Shown here piece after piece: positions 1 through 9,045 of a DNA stretch of 64,000 nt. How positions within the stretch are numbered: position 1 is the stretch's first letter; each line of letters begins with the position of its first letter. Below the pieces are notes generated by a model. The model was not told the DNA's origin, ran no database searches, and saw only the letters and a program-made list of their open reading frames with translations. This DNA is from Pseudomonadota bacterium (GTDB lineage: Bacteria > Bdellovibrionota_F > JAHFAK01 > JBDREC01): positions 1 to 64,000 of the forward strand of contig JBDREC010000049.1 of NCBI GenBank assembly GCA_043820105.1. Reading direction: 5' to 3'. Both the position numbers and the translations under genes were made by a program.

Positions 1-91
1 AAATTTATTATAAATTTACTTCCCAAATATCCCTTTTATAAATACTTAATTTTGGCTTCCTTCAATATTTTATTATTTTTACTTTGGTAGG

Positions 92-141
92 TGGACCACT
101 TTTGCGTCCGATTACTGGACCAGTTTATCGTCCGATTTGCA
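92..141. mobile_element. IS21-family-like terminus; element probably extends left out of the window
   Basis: Two 22-bp imperfect direct repeats (TGGACCACTTTTGCGTCCGATT 92-113; TGGACCAGTTTATCGTCCGATT 116-137) ending in ...TTTGCA at 141. IS21 ends are TG...CA with reiterated subterminal motifs. It coincides with the point where the GIY-YIG ORF breaks off. Confidence 0.55.
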
Positions 142-313
142 CTTTTTCTTTGTCATCAAAGCAAATAGCAATTCTGATTTTCCATGGGATGAATTTGGAA
201 GTATGCGGGACTTTTCCTGCGTTGTGTACTTTTATTCTTTTTTTTATGTCTTGGGTTATGCCGATGTATTTTTGTTTGGGATTTGAGGTTGATTGGAGGA
301 GGTATACATACAT
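125..313 (-). pseudogene. GIY-YIG nuclease family protein, C-terminally truncated
   Basis: YVYLL...KYIGIT...RIKVHNAG...T..W pattern. The usual C-terminal helix with the catalytic Glu is missing, and the last codons come from the IS-like end. Confidence 0.65.
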
Positions 314-794
314 TCTATGTTCCTTGATAGTTCAATGTCCCTTGCTCTGCTTCGCTATTGCCAATTCAATGTTTATTGAATAAATGGCAGCCATGCGTAG
401 CTCGGAGTGTCTAGATAAGCACAACGAGCAAAGCATGGAGGCAAGTACACGCATATCGAACCTTTCTCCTTCAAAATGAGTTTGTAGAGTTCAATGATAT
501 TAAGAGGTTGATGGCTGCTTGATTTTCAAAGGGGAGGAAGAATATACATTTAGGGAGGAAAAGGGAGGAAAGATTTTTCCTCCCTAATGGTATTATATTT
601 ACCTACCTTGTATTCTACTTCTATACCTCAAGTTTCACCTGTTTTCGTTTATTTTCTTCTAAAATGACATAAAAAAATCTTTGTTTTACTGATTTAGAAT
701 GTTTATTTATAAATTGATATTTTGAATAAGATGATACAAGAAATAAATATTGTTTATTTAATGGAAAAAAGCATATAAAGTCGTTAATTTTACA

Positions 795-933
795 ATGATT
801 GAGGCTTACTGGCAGATTGGAAAAAGAATTGTCGAAAAAGAACAGGACGGTAAAGAAAGAGCTGATTATGGTTCTTATCTTATTAAAAATCTTTCAAAAG
901 AGCTTTTATCTGAATTTGGGAAAGGATTTTCAG
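795..933 (+). pseudogene. DUF1016/YhcG N-terminal fragment interrupted by IS66-like element
   Basis: AYWQIGKRIVEKEQDGKERADYGSYLIKNLSKELLSEFGKGFS is the DUF1016 N-terminal pattern. Similarity stops exactly at the inverted repeat starting at 934. Confidence 0.75.
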
Positions 934-964
934 GTAATTACTCAATAAAGTGGGGGAAAACGAA

Positions 965-1288
965 TTACTTAAGGCGGTATTTGACAATATCTCTTTGTAG
1001 ATCAGAGATTTCAATAATAAGACTTTTCAATTTTTTATAATTATCACTCCATAATTTAACATCTGCATGCATTGAAACAGGAACATATATAGATTTTGTT
1101 TTTTTATTTTCTTTCCAGCCTAAAAGCATTGAGGGATGTCGCTTTTCTGGATCTTTTTTACATATACAATATGGTTTACCACATACCCTTTTAACGACCG
1201 AAGTAGATCCAATAATAAAAGGTCCAATCTCTTTTAATTCATCAAGTAATTTTTTTTGTTTTTTTAGAATATTTTTCTTGCATTTCAT
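965..1288 (-). CDS. DUF6788-like small Zn-binding protein (transposase-associated)
   Basis: GS...RVCGKPYCIC...RHP....W...KTKSIYV pattern. Confidence 0.55.
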   Translation of the reverse strand: MKCKKNILKKQKKLLDELKEIGPFIIGSTSVVKRVCGKPYCICKKDPEKRHPSMLLGWKENKKTKSIYVPVSMHADVKLWSDNYKKLKSLIIEISDLQRDIVKYRLK

Positions 1289-1589
1289 GGTACTTAGCCA
1301 TGTAATCCTGGCTAGGAGTTGTCAAGTAAAAAAAGGTGAAAAGAAAAAGATATGGAGTAAATCAAAAAAGAAAAATAAAATTAAAATAACTCGAAGTGAA
1401 AAAATTGTACAAAGAAAAATAAGGAATTGTTATAGAAGTTTTCATGGAGCAAAATCGTCAGACATTTTTTTAAGTTTAATGGGGATTTGTAGGAAAAATT
1501 CTGTAAGCTTTTTTGAATATTTAAAAGATAGAATTTATAATATTTCCCAAATACCAAGCTTGGATATTATCGTCAAAACATCACCTTAA
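1278..1589 (+). pseudogene. IS66 transposase C-terminal remnant
   Basis: VQRKIRNCYRSFHGA....FLSLMGICRKNSVSFFEYL resembles the IS66 TnpC C-terminus and ends just inside the right inverted repeat. The N-terminal part of the ORF is probably not genuine. Confidence 0.6.
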
Positions 1590-1886
1590 TCTATCTTTGT
1601 TTTTCGCCACTTTATTGAGTAATTACGTTTGATTGTAATTTTATTTTTTAAAAAATTAGGATTATGTTTAATTTTTATGCAAATTAGGGGTATGAAGTAT
1701 GCATTTTGATTGTAGGGGCTAGGTATATTAAATTATAGCAAGTTAAAATTTGTCTGACTTGTTTAGTAAAATCCAATTTAAATGTATCAAGAGGTGACAA
1801 TTTTTGACAAATCCTTATTATAATATTGAAAAAGATTAAAAACTTATATATTCATAAATTAAGAAGATCTTTTTGGAGAAATACAT

Positions 1887-3233
1887 ATGGAATATATCAG
1901 CATCTTTATACTGGGAACTATTTTAGGCGGAGTTATTGCCTGGTTTTTAGCAAAATATAAACTGGCCACTTTAAAGAGGTTTTCTCAGGATGAAATAGAT
2001 AAAGACTTTGTATCAAAAGATCTTTTTCTGAGATGCGACGAAGATTTAAGTGCACTAAAAAAAGAAAATAGAATAAAAGATGAAAAAATATTGGAATTCA
2101 ATAAATCCTTATCAGCTAAAGAGCAAATAATTGACAATTTAAATGAAAAACACACAGGGCAAAAAGCTGAAATTGAAAAACTTAATGAAAAAATGACCTT
2201 GGCTTTTGAAAATGTTGCTAATAAGATTTTAACTGAAAAAGCTCAAATATTTATTAAAACTAATGAAACAAGTATTGGTCATATTTTAAATCCATTGAAA
2301 GATGAACTTAAAAATTTCAAAGATAAAGTTGAGCACACTTATGATGTTGAAAACAGAGAAAGGTCTACCTTAAAAGCTGAAATTAAACAGCTGTTGGAGC
2401 TTAACAGGCAGGTGAGTGATGATGCAAATAATCTGGCTAAGGCTTTAAAAGGTGAATCAAAGACACAGGGAAACTGGGGAGAGGTGCAGCTTGAATTGAT
2501 TCTGGAAAAAGTCGGTTTCGAAAAAAAGCTGCATTATGACATGCAGGTATCAGCAGTCAGTGAAGATAATAAGAGAATGCAGCCTGATTGTGTCATCTAT
2601 TTACCTGAAGATAAAAACCTTGTTATTGATTCAAAGGTTTCCTTAAATGCTTATGAAAAATATTTTAACGCTGAAAATGATCAGGAAAAGGCTGGGTTTT
2701 TAAAGCAGCATATTGAGTCGGTTTCCAAGCATATAAAAGAGTTATCTGAAAAAAAATATCAAAACCTTTATCAGATCAATCAGCCGGATTATGTGCTGAT
2801 GTTTGTGCCCATTGAATCTGCTCTTACCTGCGCCTGCAAAGAGGATTTATCTTTATTTGAAAGTGCCCTTAACAAAAATATTATTATTGTAACTGTATCC
2901 ACACTACTAGCAACCTTAAGAACAGTTTCATACATCTGGAAACAGGAAGACCAAAAGAAAAATGTCATTGAAATAGCCAGGCAGTCAGGCGCCCTTTATG
3001 ATAAATTTGTTTCTTTTTGTGAAGACCTGAATAAAATTGGTGCTTCTTTGGAGACAGCCCATGGAAGTTATGAAGAGGCAATGAATAAGCTAATTTCTTC
3101 CAAGAAAAGAGGAGATACAATCGTTGGAAGGATTGAAAATTTGAAAAATTTGGGCGCTAAAACAACAAAAAAATTGCCAAAGGAGTTTCTGGATAAGGCT
3201 GAATTAGAATCAGAGCTTGGTAAAATGTCCTAG
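1887..3233 (+). CDS. rmuC: DNA recombination protein RmuC
   Basis: N-terminal TM, coiled coil, KTQGNWGEVQLE, QPD..IYLP, IDSKV, DYVLMFVPIE, LYDKF motifs; GGAG RBS. Confidence 0.93.
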   Translation: MEYISIFILGTILGGVIAWFLAKYKLATLKRFSQDEIDKDFVSKDLFLRCDEDLSALKKENRIKDEKILEFNKSLSAKEQIIDNLNEKHTGQKAEIEKLNEKMTLAFENVANKILTEKAQIFIKTNETSIGHILNPLKDELKNFKDKVEHTYDVENRERSTLKAEIKQLLELNRQVSDDANNLAKALKGESKTQGNWGEVQLELILEKVGFEKKLHYDMQVSAVSEDNKRMQPDCVIYLPEDKNLVIDSKVSLNAYEKYFNAENDQEKAGFLKQHIESVSKHIKELSEKKYQNLYQINQPDYVLMFVPIESALTCACKEDLSLFESALNKNIIIVTVSTLLATLRTVSYIWKQEDQKKNVIEIARQSGALYDKFVSFCEDLNKIGASLETAHGSYEEAMNKLISSKKRGDTIVGRIENLKNLGAKTTKKLPKEFLDKAELESELGKMS

Positions 3234-3424
3234 TTTCATCTTTTATTTGTTGAGAATTGAAAATTGATTGTTGATTGTTCTTGGTTTGCGAGAGTAGTAA
3301 AATAATCAATAATCAATAATTAATAACTAATGGAGAGAGAACAGTGGGATAATATCATGGTCAAAACGAGCCCCACCAAAGATAAAATTTCAAAATTTGA
3401 TGATGTATATGAGAATATTGAATA

Positions 3425-3916
3425 TTATTTTAACCAGGAATAATAATCTGTTTCTAATAACTCTCTTCTTATTTCTTCATCTTCTATATAATCATTTACA
3501 AAAATCTTTTCATCAAATGCCTCATAATCACAAGCTGCTTCATCATCTAAAAGTTCTTTTATACTATCAATAATAGCACTTTTGTTTATATGATTAGGAT
3601 CCTTATTTAGTAAATCCGCTAAGTGCCGAAGTAAGACCCATTTTGTGTTTTGTGTTGGAGTATTCTCATCAACAGCTAAAAGGGCTTCAGCATCAATTTT
3701 AAATGGTGGGCTAGGTGAAGCTAGTTCATCAGGATAAGTATTTTGGTATACCTTTAAACTTTTTCTTACAAGAGAATCTAATTCATCTTGCAATATCTCA
3801 ACTGGAACTATTTCAAGTATCTCAAGAAGATCTCTTCCTTCATATTCTTGATTATTAAGTTCCGGATGATCTATCCAAAATTGTTTATAACTCACCAGAA
3901 TATGCCATAATTGCAA
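3425..3916 (-). CDS. hypothetical acidic protein (start uncertain)
   Basis: 163-aa ORF with protein-like composition; TTG start without an RBS. Confidence 0.5.
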   Translation of the reverse strand: MQLWHILVSYKQFWIDHPELNNQEYEGRDLLEILEIVPVEILQDELDSLVRKSLKVYQNTYPDELASPSPPFKIDAEALLAVDENTPTQNTKWVLLRHLADLLNKDPNHINKSAIIDSIKELLDDEAACDYEAFDEKIFVNDYIEDEEIRRELLETDYYSWLK

Positions 3917-4127
3917 GGCTTGCGCCAGGGATTATAGAGTGTTTTGTGCTATAATATTTAATACTTGTAGACCGGATTGCTTTTTGTGCGACAAAAAATG
4001 GACAAAAAAATGACAATATTGAAAAGAAAAAAGCAGACATAAAATAATTTATAAAATAAATTTTGTGCTTTTTGGATAATGTGATATAATTTTATTTATA
4101 GTAAAAAATATTAGAGTTGGAGAAAAA

Positions 4128-4400
4128 ATGGGAAGACGCAGGAGGAGGAAAAAGGATTATAAACAATACTTTTACGTCCTTATTGGCTCAATCGCTATAG
4201 CATCAGTTGTGGCAATTATAGATGCAAAAAAACCGCAAAATGCTTTGTTAAGTTCTTTTTCAGCGAGTTTTATTAGCTCACAATTAGGTGAAGATTTAAA
4301 TGAAGAAGAAAAGCAAGATTTAACAAAACAAGTTGTTTCAGCAATTAAAGGTGATGATAAAAAATTAGATGCATTAATTAAAAAATACACAAACAATTAA
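4128..4400 (+). CDS. small single-TM hypothetical protein
   Basis: GGAG RBS, poly-Arg N-terminus followed by one hydrophobic helix. Confidence 0.7.
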   Translation: MGRRRRRKKDYKQYFYVLIGSIAIASVVAIIDAKKPQNALLSSFSASFISSQLGEDLNEEEKQDLTKQVVSAIKGDDKKLDALIKKYTNN

Positions 4401-4610
4401 TATTCAATTCAATCCTTTCTTTAAAAGCTTTTCTATAGTCTAAATATTAATGATTTTTTAGTTGATATTGATATCTATAATATGCTAAAAATAATGCAGA
4501 CTGTAGTAATATTTTTAACATTTATTTGCTTTCTGTCCTAAAAAATGGGGGGTTATTTTTGTGATAGAGTTTTATCATTAAACAAATTGAATATTGTAAG
4601 GAGGATAATC

Positions 4611-6062
4611 ATGTCAAGACCAGCTAATACTCCCCAAAACCATTCTCAAACCACTTCTCACATAACTATTGATGACAATAGAGAACATTTCGTCAGGCAA
4701 GATCGCTATGAAGTTTTAGAAGAGGAGTATTTCCTCGAAATTGATAAGAATAAATATGAAATTGCAAATTATTCTAGTTTTGGCATTGCTGTGTATTCTT
4801 CTATTGAGCCAGATTCCTTTGGTGATGATCATCAATGTAAATTTTATTTAAATGATCAATTAATTGATGAAATGGTTTTAAAGAAGGTAAGAGATGAGAA
4901 ACTTCAAGAAGGAAATTACAAAATAGCTTTTGAGATAGTTGGAGGATTTTTATCAACAGAAAAAATAAGAGCTGTATCACTTGCGCAAGATTTAATTAAA
5001 AAGCAAAATCTTAAGAACCAGGAATTAAATAATGTACCACTTAATTTTAGAATTAAAGTTTTTGAAATAAAAAATCGCCTTGAGAATTTGAAAAATGAGC
5101 TGGAAGCTTTTCAGACAAATGAATCTTTTATAAATAAAGAACAACAGGGTAGGTTTGAAGATATTGTTATAGATCTAGTGGGCGATTATCTTTATGAATT
5201 TTTCCAAAATTTTTACAAGGAAACTGTAACTGATGTAGAAACCTGGGATGAAAAAACTTTAAAAGAAGGCATGTATTTTTTTAGAGCCCAATTATTTCCA
5301 TTAGTGCAAAAATCTCCATTTGCTTATCAGTGCTATTCAAAGCCAAGGGGTTACGCTGGTGATTATGAGATGATGAATTATCTATATTACAATGATTCTT
5401 TAGGAGATGATCTTTTTGCAAAGGTTATGCATCGATATTACATGAAGCATCCTAACGCTCAAGCTGTTAGAAATAGAGTTGAATATTTGAGCAAAAAGAT
5501 TTTTGAAGTTTTTAAAGAAAAGGAAGGGAAGCCAATTAGGATTTTATCAGTTGCTTCAGGCCCTGCTCAAGAAATTCAAACTTTATTTAGAAATAGCCCT
5601 GAGTTTTATAACTCTAATGTTGAAGTTCATTTAATTGATCAAGATGTGGATTCCCTGAAACATGCTCAACGTGGTATTAAAGAGCTAGCTAGAATAAACA
5701 AGTCAAATGTTACTGTGAAATATTTTAGAAAGGCCATTAGAAATATTATTAGAGATGGTATGGAAGGCTATACATATGATTTAGTCTATTCTTCAGGGCT
5801 TTTTGATTATTTCTCAGATCCAGTTGCTCAGGTGGCAGCCAATAAACTTTTTGATTGTCTAAATGAAAAGGGACGTCTCATTATTGGTAATTTTACATCA
5901 AAACCATATTTAGATATGTCCATGCATTTTTTGCTTGATTGGTATTTATTATATCGCAGTGAAAAAGATCTTGAAAAACTTTATTCTGTTGTTCCTGGAA
6001 AATTATCAATTGAAGCGGAACCAGAAGGAATTAACCTCTTTGTAGTTGTTGATAAGGACTAA
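4611..6062 (+). CDS. class I SAM-dependent methyltransferase, PhcB-like, copy 1
   Basis: KPRGYAGDYEMM, ILSVASGPA (motif I), LIDQD, YSSGLFDY, LIIGNF. Start moved to ATG 4611 after AAGGAGG. Confidence 0.8.
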   Translation: MSRPANTPQNHSQTTSHITIDDNREHFVRQDRYEVLEEEYFLEIDKNKYEIANYSSFGIAVYSSIEPDSFGDDHQCKFYLNDQLIDEMVLKKVRDEKLQEGNYKIAFEIVGGFLSTEKIRAVSLAQDLIKKQNLKNQELNNVPLNFRIKVFEIKNRLENLKNELEAFQTNESFINKEQQGRFEDIVIDLVGDYLYEFFQNFYKETVTDVETWDEKTLKEGMYFFRAQLFPLVQKSPFAYQCYSKPRGYAGDYEMMNYLYYNDSLGDDLFAKVMHRYYMKHPNAQAVRNRVEYLSKKIFEVFKEKEGKPIRILSVASGPAQEIQTLFRNSPEFYNSNVEVHLIDQDVDSLKHAQRGIKELARINKSNVTVKYFRKAIRNIIRDGMEGYTYDLVYSSGLFDYFSDPVAQVAANKLFDCLNEKGRLIIGNFTSKPYLDMSMHFLLDWYLLYRSEKDLEKLYSVVPGKLSIEAEPEGINLFVVVDKD

Positions 6063-6098
6063 GTTTTTTCTAATATTTAATAAAAGTTCAGGATCAGT

Positions 6099-7520
6099 AT
6101 GGCTAATGGTGTTATTTCCATTGAAAGAATAAGGGAAACAGAAAGGCTCAATGAATTTAGGGAATTTACTAGAGTTATAACAGGCTTTATGTCCTTTCCC
6201 TTATATCTTCTTTTTTGGCTTGCTGATCTTTTATATGCACCACACCTTAAATGGGAGTTTTTATTTCTTAGAGTATTAATTATTCCTGTTTGTATTTTTG
6301 TTTATTTTTCAATTAATAAAATAACTAAATTAAATCATGCTCAAATATTAGATACAATCTTATGTTTTGCAAATAGTATTTTAATTACTTTTATGATCTA
6401 TCTAACCGAAGGAGCCATTTCCCCTTATTACGCAGGTTTAAATCTAGTAGCAATACCAATTATAGCTTTTATTCCTTGGACCATGAAATTTTTGATTTTA
6501 AATATATCTTTGATTTATGGCCCCTTGATTTTAGGTATCTTCTTTTTTCCAAATGCAGTTACAGACTATGTTTTATTTATTTTAAATTTGTTTTTTATTT
6601 TTGGAACTATTGCTTTATCTTTAATAATTAGAGTTGATACAGAAAAACTTAGAAAAAAAGAAGTTGCAAGTAAGTTTTTACTAGAAAAGGATGTTAAATA
6701 TCGAGAAAAAATAATTGAAGAAAAAACAAATGAATCTTTAAAACTTAAAACTCTTACAAGGCAGTTTAGTCCTCAGGTTGTTCAGGCAATTTCAAGTGGA
6801 AAACTAGATATTATTAAATCAATTCACAGGGCTCAAATTTGCGCTATTTTTATTGATATTGTTGATTCAACTAAGCACATTGTGCACATTGATAAAGAAT
6901 CTGTTAATAAGGTGCTAACCCTTTTTATTGAAGATACAATGAAAGTTTTACTGAAATATGATATTACTTTAGATAAATTTTTAGGTGATGGAGTTTTAGC
7001 ATTTTCTAATGATCCAATCAAAAGAGTTGATTTTGTTGATAGGGTTATTTTAGCGGCAATGGAAATTAGAACCAGGATAAATAGGAGAAGTGAAGAGTAT
7101 AAAAAATCCTGGAAAGATGTCTTAGAAGTTCGCTTTGGAATTTCTTCTGGTTATGCTGATGTTGGTTTCTATGGCTCAGATAAAAGCTTTAAGTCCTATA
7201 CTGCAATTGGAAGAGTTATTGATTTAACAAAGTCTTTATCAGATGTTGGAGCGCCGGGACAGATAGTTGTGAGTCAAGATGTTACAAAGTTACTTTCAGA
7301 TTCTAAGTTTTTAATTAAAAAAATTGGTCATAAGAAGCTCAAGAGTTTTGAGTCAGATATTATTACTGTCTATGAAGTTGACAGTCTCAAGCTTGATTCA
7401 AGTATAGAAACAGCTGTTGAGAAATGTCCAAATGGTCATGGGATTTTACATTTAGAAATGAACATGAATGGTATATACATATTTAAATGTAGAACTTGCG
7501 GTTATGAATATTCTCTTTAA
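6099..7520 (+). CDS. membrane-bound class III nucleotidyl cyclase, copy 1, with C-terminal Zn-ribbon
   Basis: About 5-6 TM helices (SPYYAGLNLV), FIDIVDST, DKFLGDG, GISSG, YTAIG; CPNGHG...CRTC. Confidence 0.88.
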   Translation: MANGVISIERIRETERLNEFREFTRVITGFMSFPLYLLFWLADLLYAPHLKWEFLFLRVLIIPVCIFVYFSINKITKLNHAQILDTILCFANSILITFMIYLTEGAISPYYAGLNLVAIPIIAFIPWTMKFLILNISLIYGPLILGIFFFPNAVTDYVLFILNLFFIFGTIALSLIIRVDTEKLRKKEVASKFLLEKDVKYREKIIEEKTNESLKLKTLTRQFSPQVVQAISSGKLDIIKSIHRAQICAIFIDIVDSTKHIVHIDKESVNKVLTLFIEDTMKVLLKYDITLDKFLGDGVLAFSNDPIKRVDFVDRVILAAMEIRTRINRRSEEYKKSWKDVLEVRFGISSGYADVGFYGSDKSFKSYTAIGRVIDLTKSLSDVGAPGQIVVSQDVTKLLSDSKFLIKKIGHKKLKSFESDIITVYEVDSLKLDSSIETAVEKCPNGHGILHLEMNMNGIYIFKCRTCGYEYSL

Positions 7521-7587
7521 TTTTTTAAAGAATTATTAATATTTTAAATTTATCATTGCATTTTTATTATTAAGGAAATCTTCATTT

Positions 7588-9030
7588 ATGAGTGATAATA
7601 ATCAATCTTTAGATGAACTAAATGATAATGATACTTTGTTAGTTTCTAATTTTATTATAAGACAGGATCGCTTTGAAGTATTAAATGAAAACTACTTTCT
7701 TAAAATAGGCAATGACACATATGAAGTAATCAATTATTCAAGTTTTGGCTTAGCTATACTACATTCTGAAGTTTTTAGCGATAGCTTTGATCAAATTGAA
7801 GCTGAATTTTTAATGAATAATGTGCTTATTAATAAACCTCTAATAAAGTTGATTAGACAAGAAAAGTATAATGATGAGCGATATCTAATTGCCTTTGAGC
7901 TTTTGTCAGAAGCATTGTCAATTGAAAGAATCAGTTTTATGGGTGATGTTGAAAAGTTGATTAAAAAGAACTGCTTTGAAGACAATAAATGGAGGGAGCT
8001 TCCTTTAGAATATAAAATCAAAGTCTTTGAACTTAAGGATTATTTATATAAGCTAAAAAATGAAATTGATTTAGTGGAAGCAGAAAATAATTCGTCCGAT
8101 CGTCAGGAGTGCTTGTCAGAGTTTAATAAGTCCTTTGTTTCAGTTTTTTCAAAGTTATTGTATAATCAGATTTCTTATTTTTGTTCTGGCATTTTTCCAA
8201 TTCTTAATAAACTTGATGAGGAAAAAAATAAAGAGGCCTTTAGCTTTTTTCATGAACACTTGAAATCTTTCATTAATAAATCAAAGTTAGCTTCTAAGAG
8301 TTTTAAAAAATCATCAAATCATGTTGGAGATCATGAATTATTTAGTTTGATCTACTCTAAAGAACTTTTTAGCCAATCATTATTTGATCAATGCATTGAA
8401 AGTTTTTTTATAAATCTACCGGAAGCAGAAGGCTTTAGAGAAAGGATAGAATATTTTAATAATTGGCTCATAGATGTTTTTAATAAAAATGAAAAGCAGG
8501 ATTTAAAAATATTATCTGTTGTCTCTGGATCAGCTATTGAGCTTAATAATTTATTAAGATCTAAGCAATTAAAATTAAAATACCCATTGGAGATTCATTG
8601 TATTGACCAGGATTTAAATGCCCTTAAACAAGCACAAGCAACTTTTAAAGAATTGCAGCTTGGAAAAGAAGCAATGATCAAATTTATATTTATACAAAAA
8701 AACATTTCCTCTATAATTAGCGCGAAATTTACAGATGATAATTATGATTACATTTATTCTGTAGGTCTTTTTGATTATCTTTCAGATCCTGTTGCTTCAT
8801 TAGCTGCTGTTAATCTGCTTAAGTATTTAAAAGAAGATGGAGAATTAGTAATTGGAAACTCTTCCTATGAAGCAAATAGAAAGCTTGAAATGATTTTTTT
8901 GCTCAAGTGGTATATTGTCCATAGGACTGAAAAGGATCTTTTAAAATTATTTAAGAAAATAACAAAAAAACTTCATATAGAACCATCAAAAGATAGTAAA
9001 AATAATTTTGTCTTTTTAAAAAGAAAGTGA
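7588..9030 (+). CDS. class I SAM-dependent methyltransferase, PhcB-like, copy 2 (divergent)
   Basis: Colinear paralog of 4611-6062 (RQDRFEVL, INYSSFG, IDQD, GLFDYLSDPVA); KPRGYAGD is replaced by KSSNHVGD. Confidence 0.78.
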   Translation: MSDNNQSLDELNDNDTLLVSNFIIRQDRFEVLNENYFLKIGNDTYEVINYSSFGLAILHSEVFSDSFDQIEAEFLMNNVLINKPLIKLIRQEKYNDERYLIAFELLSEALSIERISFMGDVEKLIKKNCFEDNKWRELPLEYKIKVFELKDYLYKLKNEIDLVEAENNSSDRQECLSEFNKSFVSVFSKLLYNQISYFCSGIFPILNKLDEEKNKEAFSFFHEHLKSFINKSKLASKSFKKSSNHVGDHELFSLIYSKELFSQSLFDQCIESFFINLPEAEGFRERIEYFNNWLIDVFNKNEKQDLKILSVVSGSAIELNNLLRSKQLKLKYPLEIHCIDQDLNALKQAQATFKELQLGKEAMIKFIFIQKNISSIISAKFTDDNYDYIYSVGLFDYLSDPVASLAAVNLLKYLKEDGELVIGNSSYEANRKLEMIFLLKWYIVHRTEKDLLKLFKKITKKLHIEPSKDSKNNFVFLKRK

Positions 9031-9045
9031 ATTAAAAAACCAAAT

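Larger units (their letters stand above)
934..1626. mobile_element. 693-bp non-autonomous IS66-like element
   Basis: Perfect 20-bp terminal inverted repeats GTAATTACTCAATAAAGTGG (934-953, reverse complement 1607-1626) starting with GTAA as in IS66. Contains a transposase C-terminal remnant. No target-site duplication seen. Confidence 0.75.

Noticed and set aside
84-383. 99-aa plus-strand ORF and the other short antisense ORFs in the track
   Set aside because: Shadows of better-supported genes on the opposite strand or frame.
435-465. TGGAGGC...TCGAACC resembling a reversed tRNA/tmRNA 3' end (att site)
   Set aside because: T-arm and acceptor pairing cannot be built, and there is no partner site in the window.
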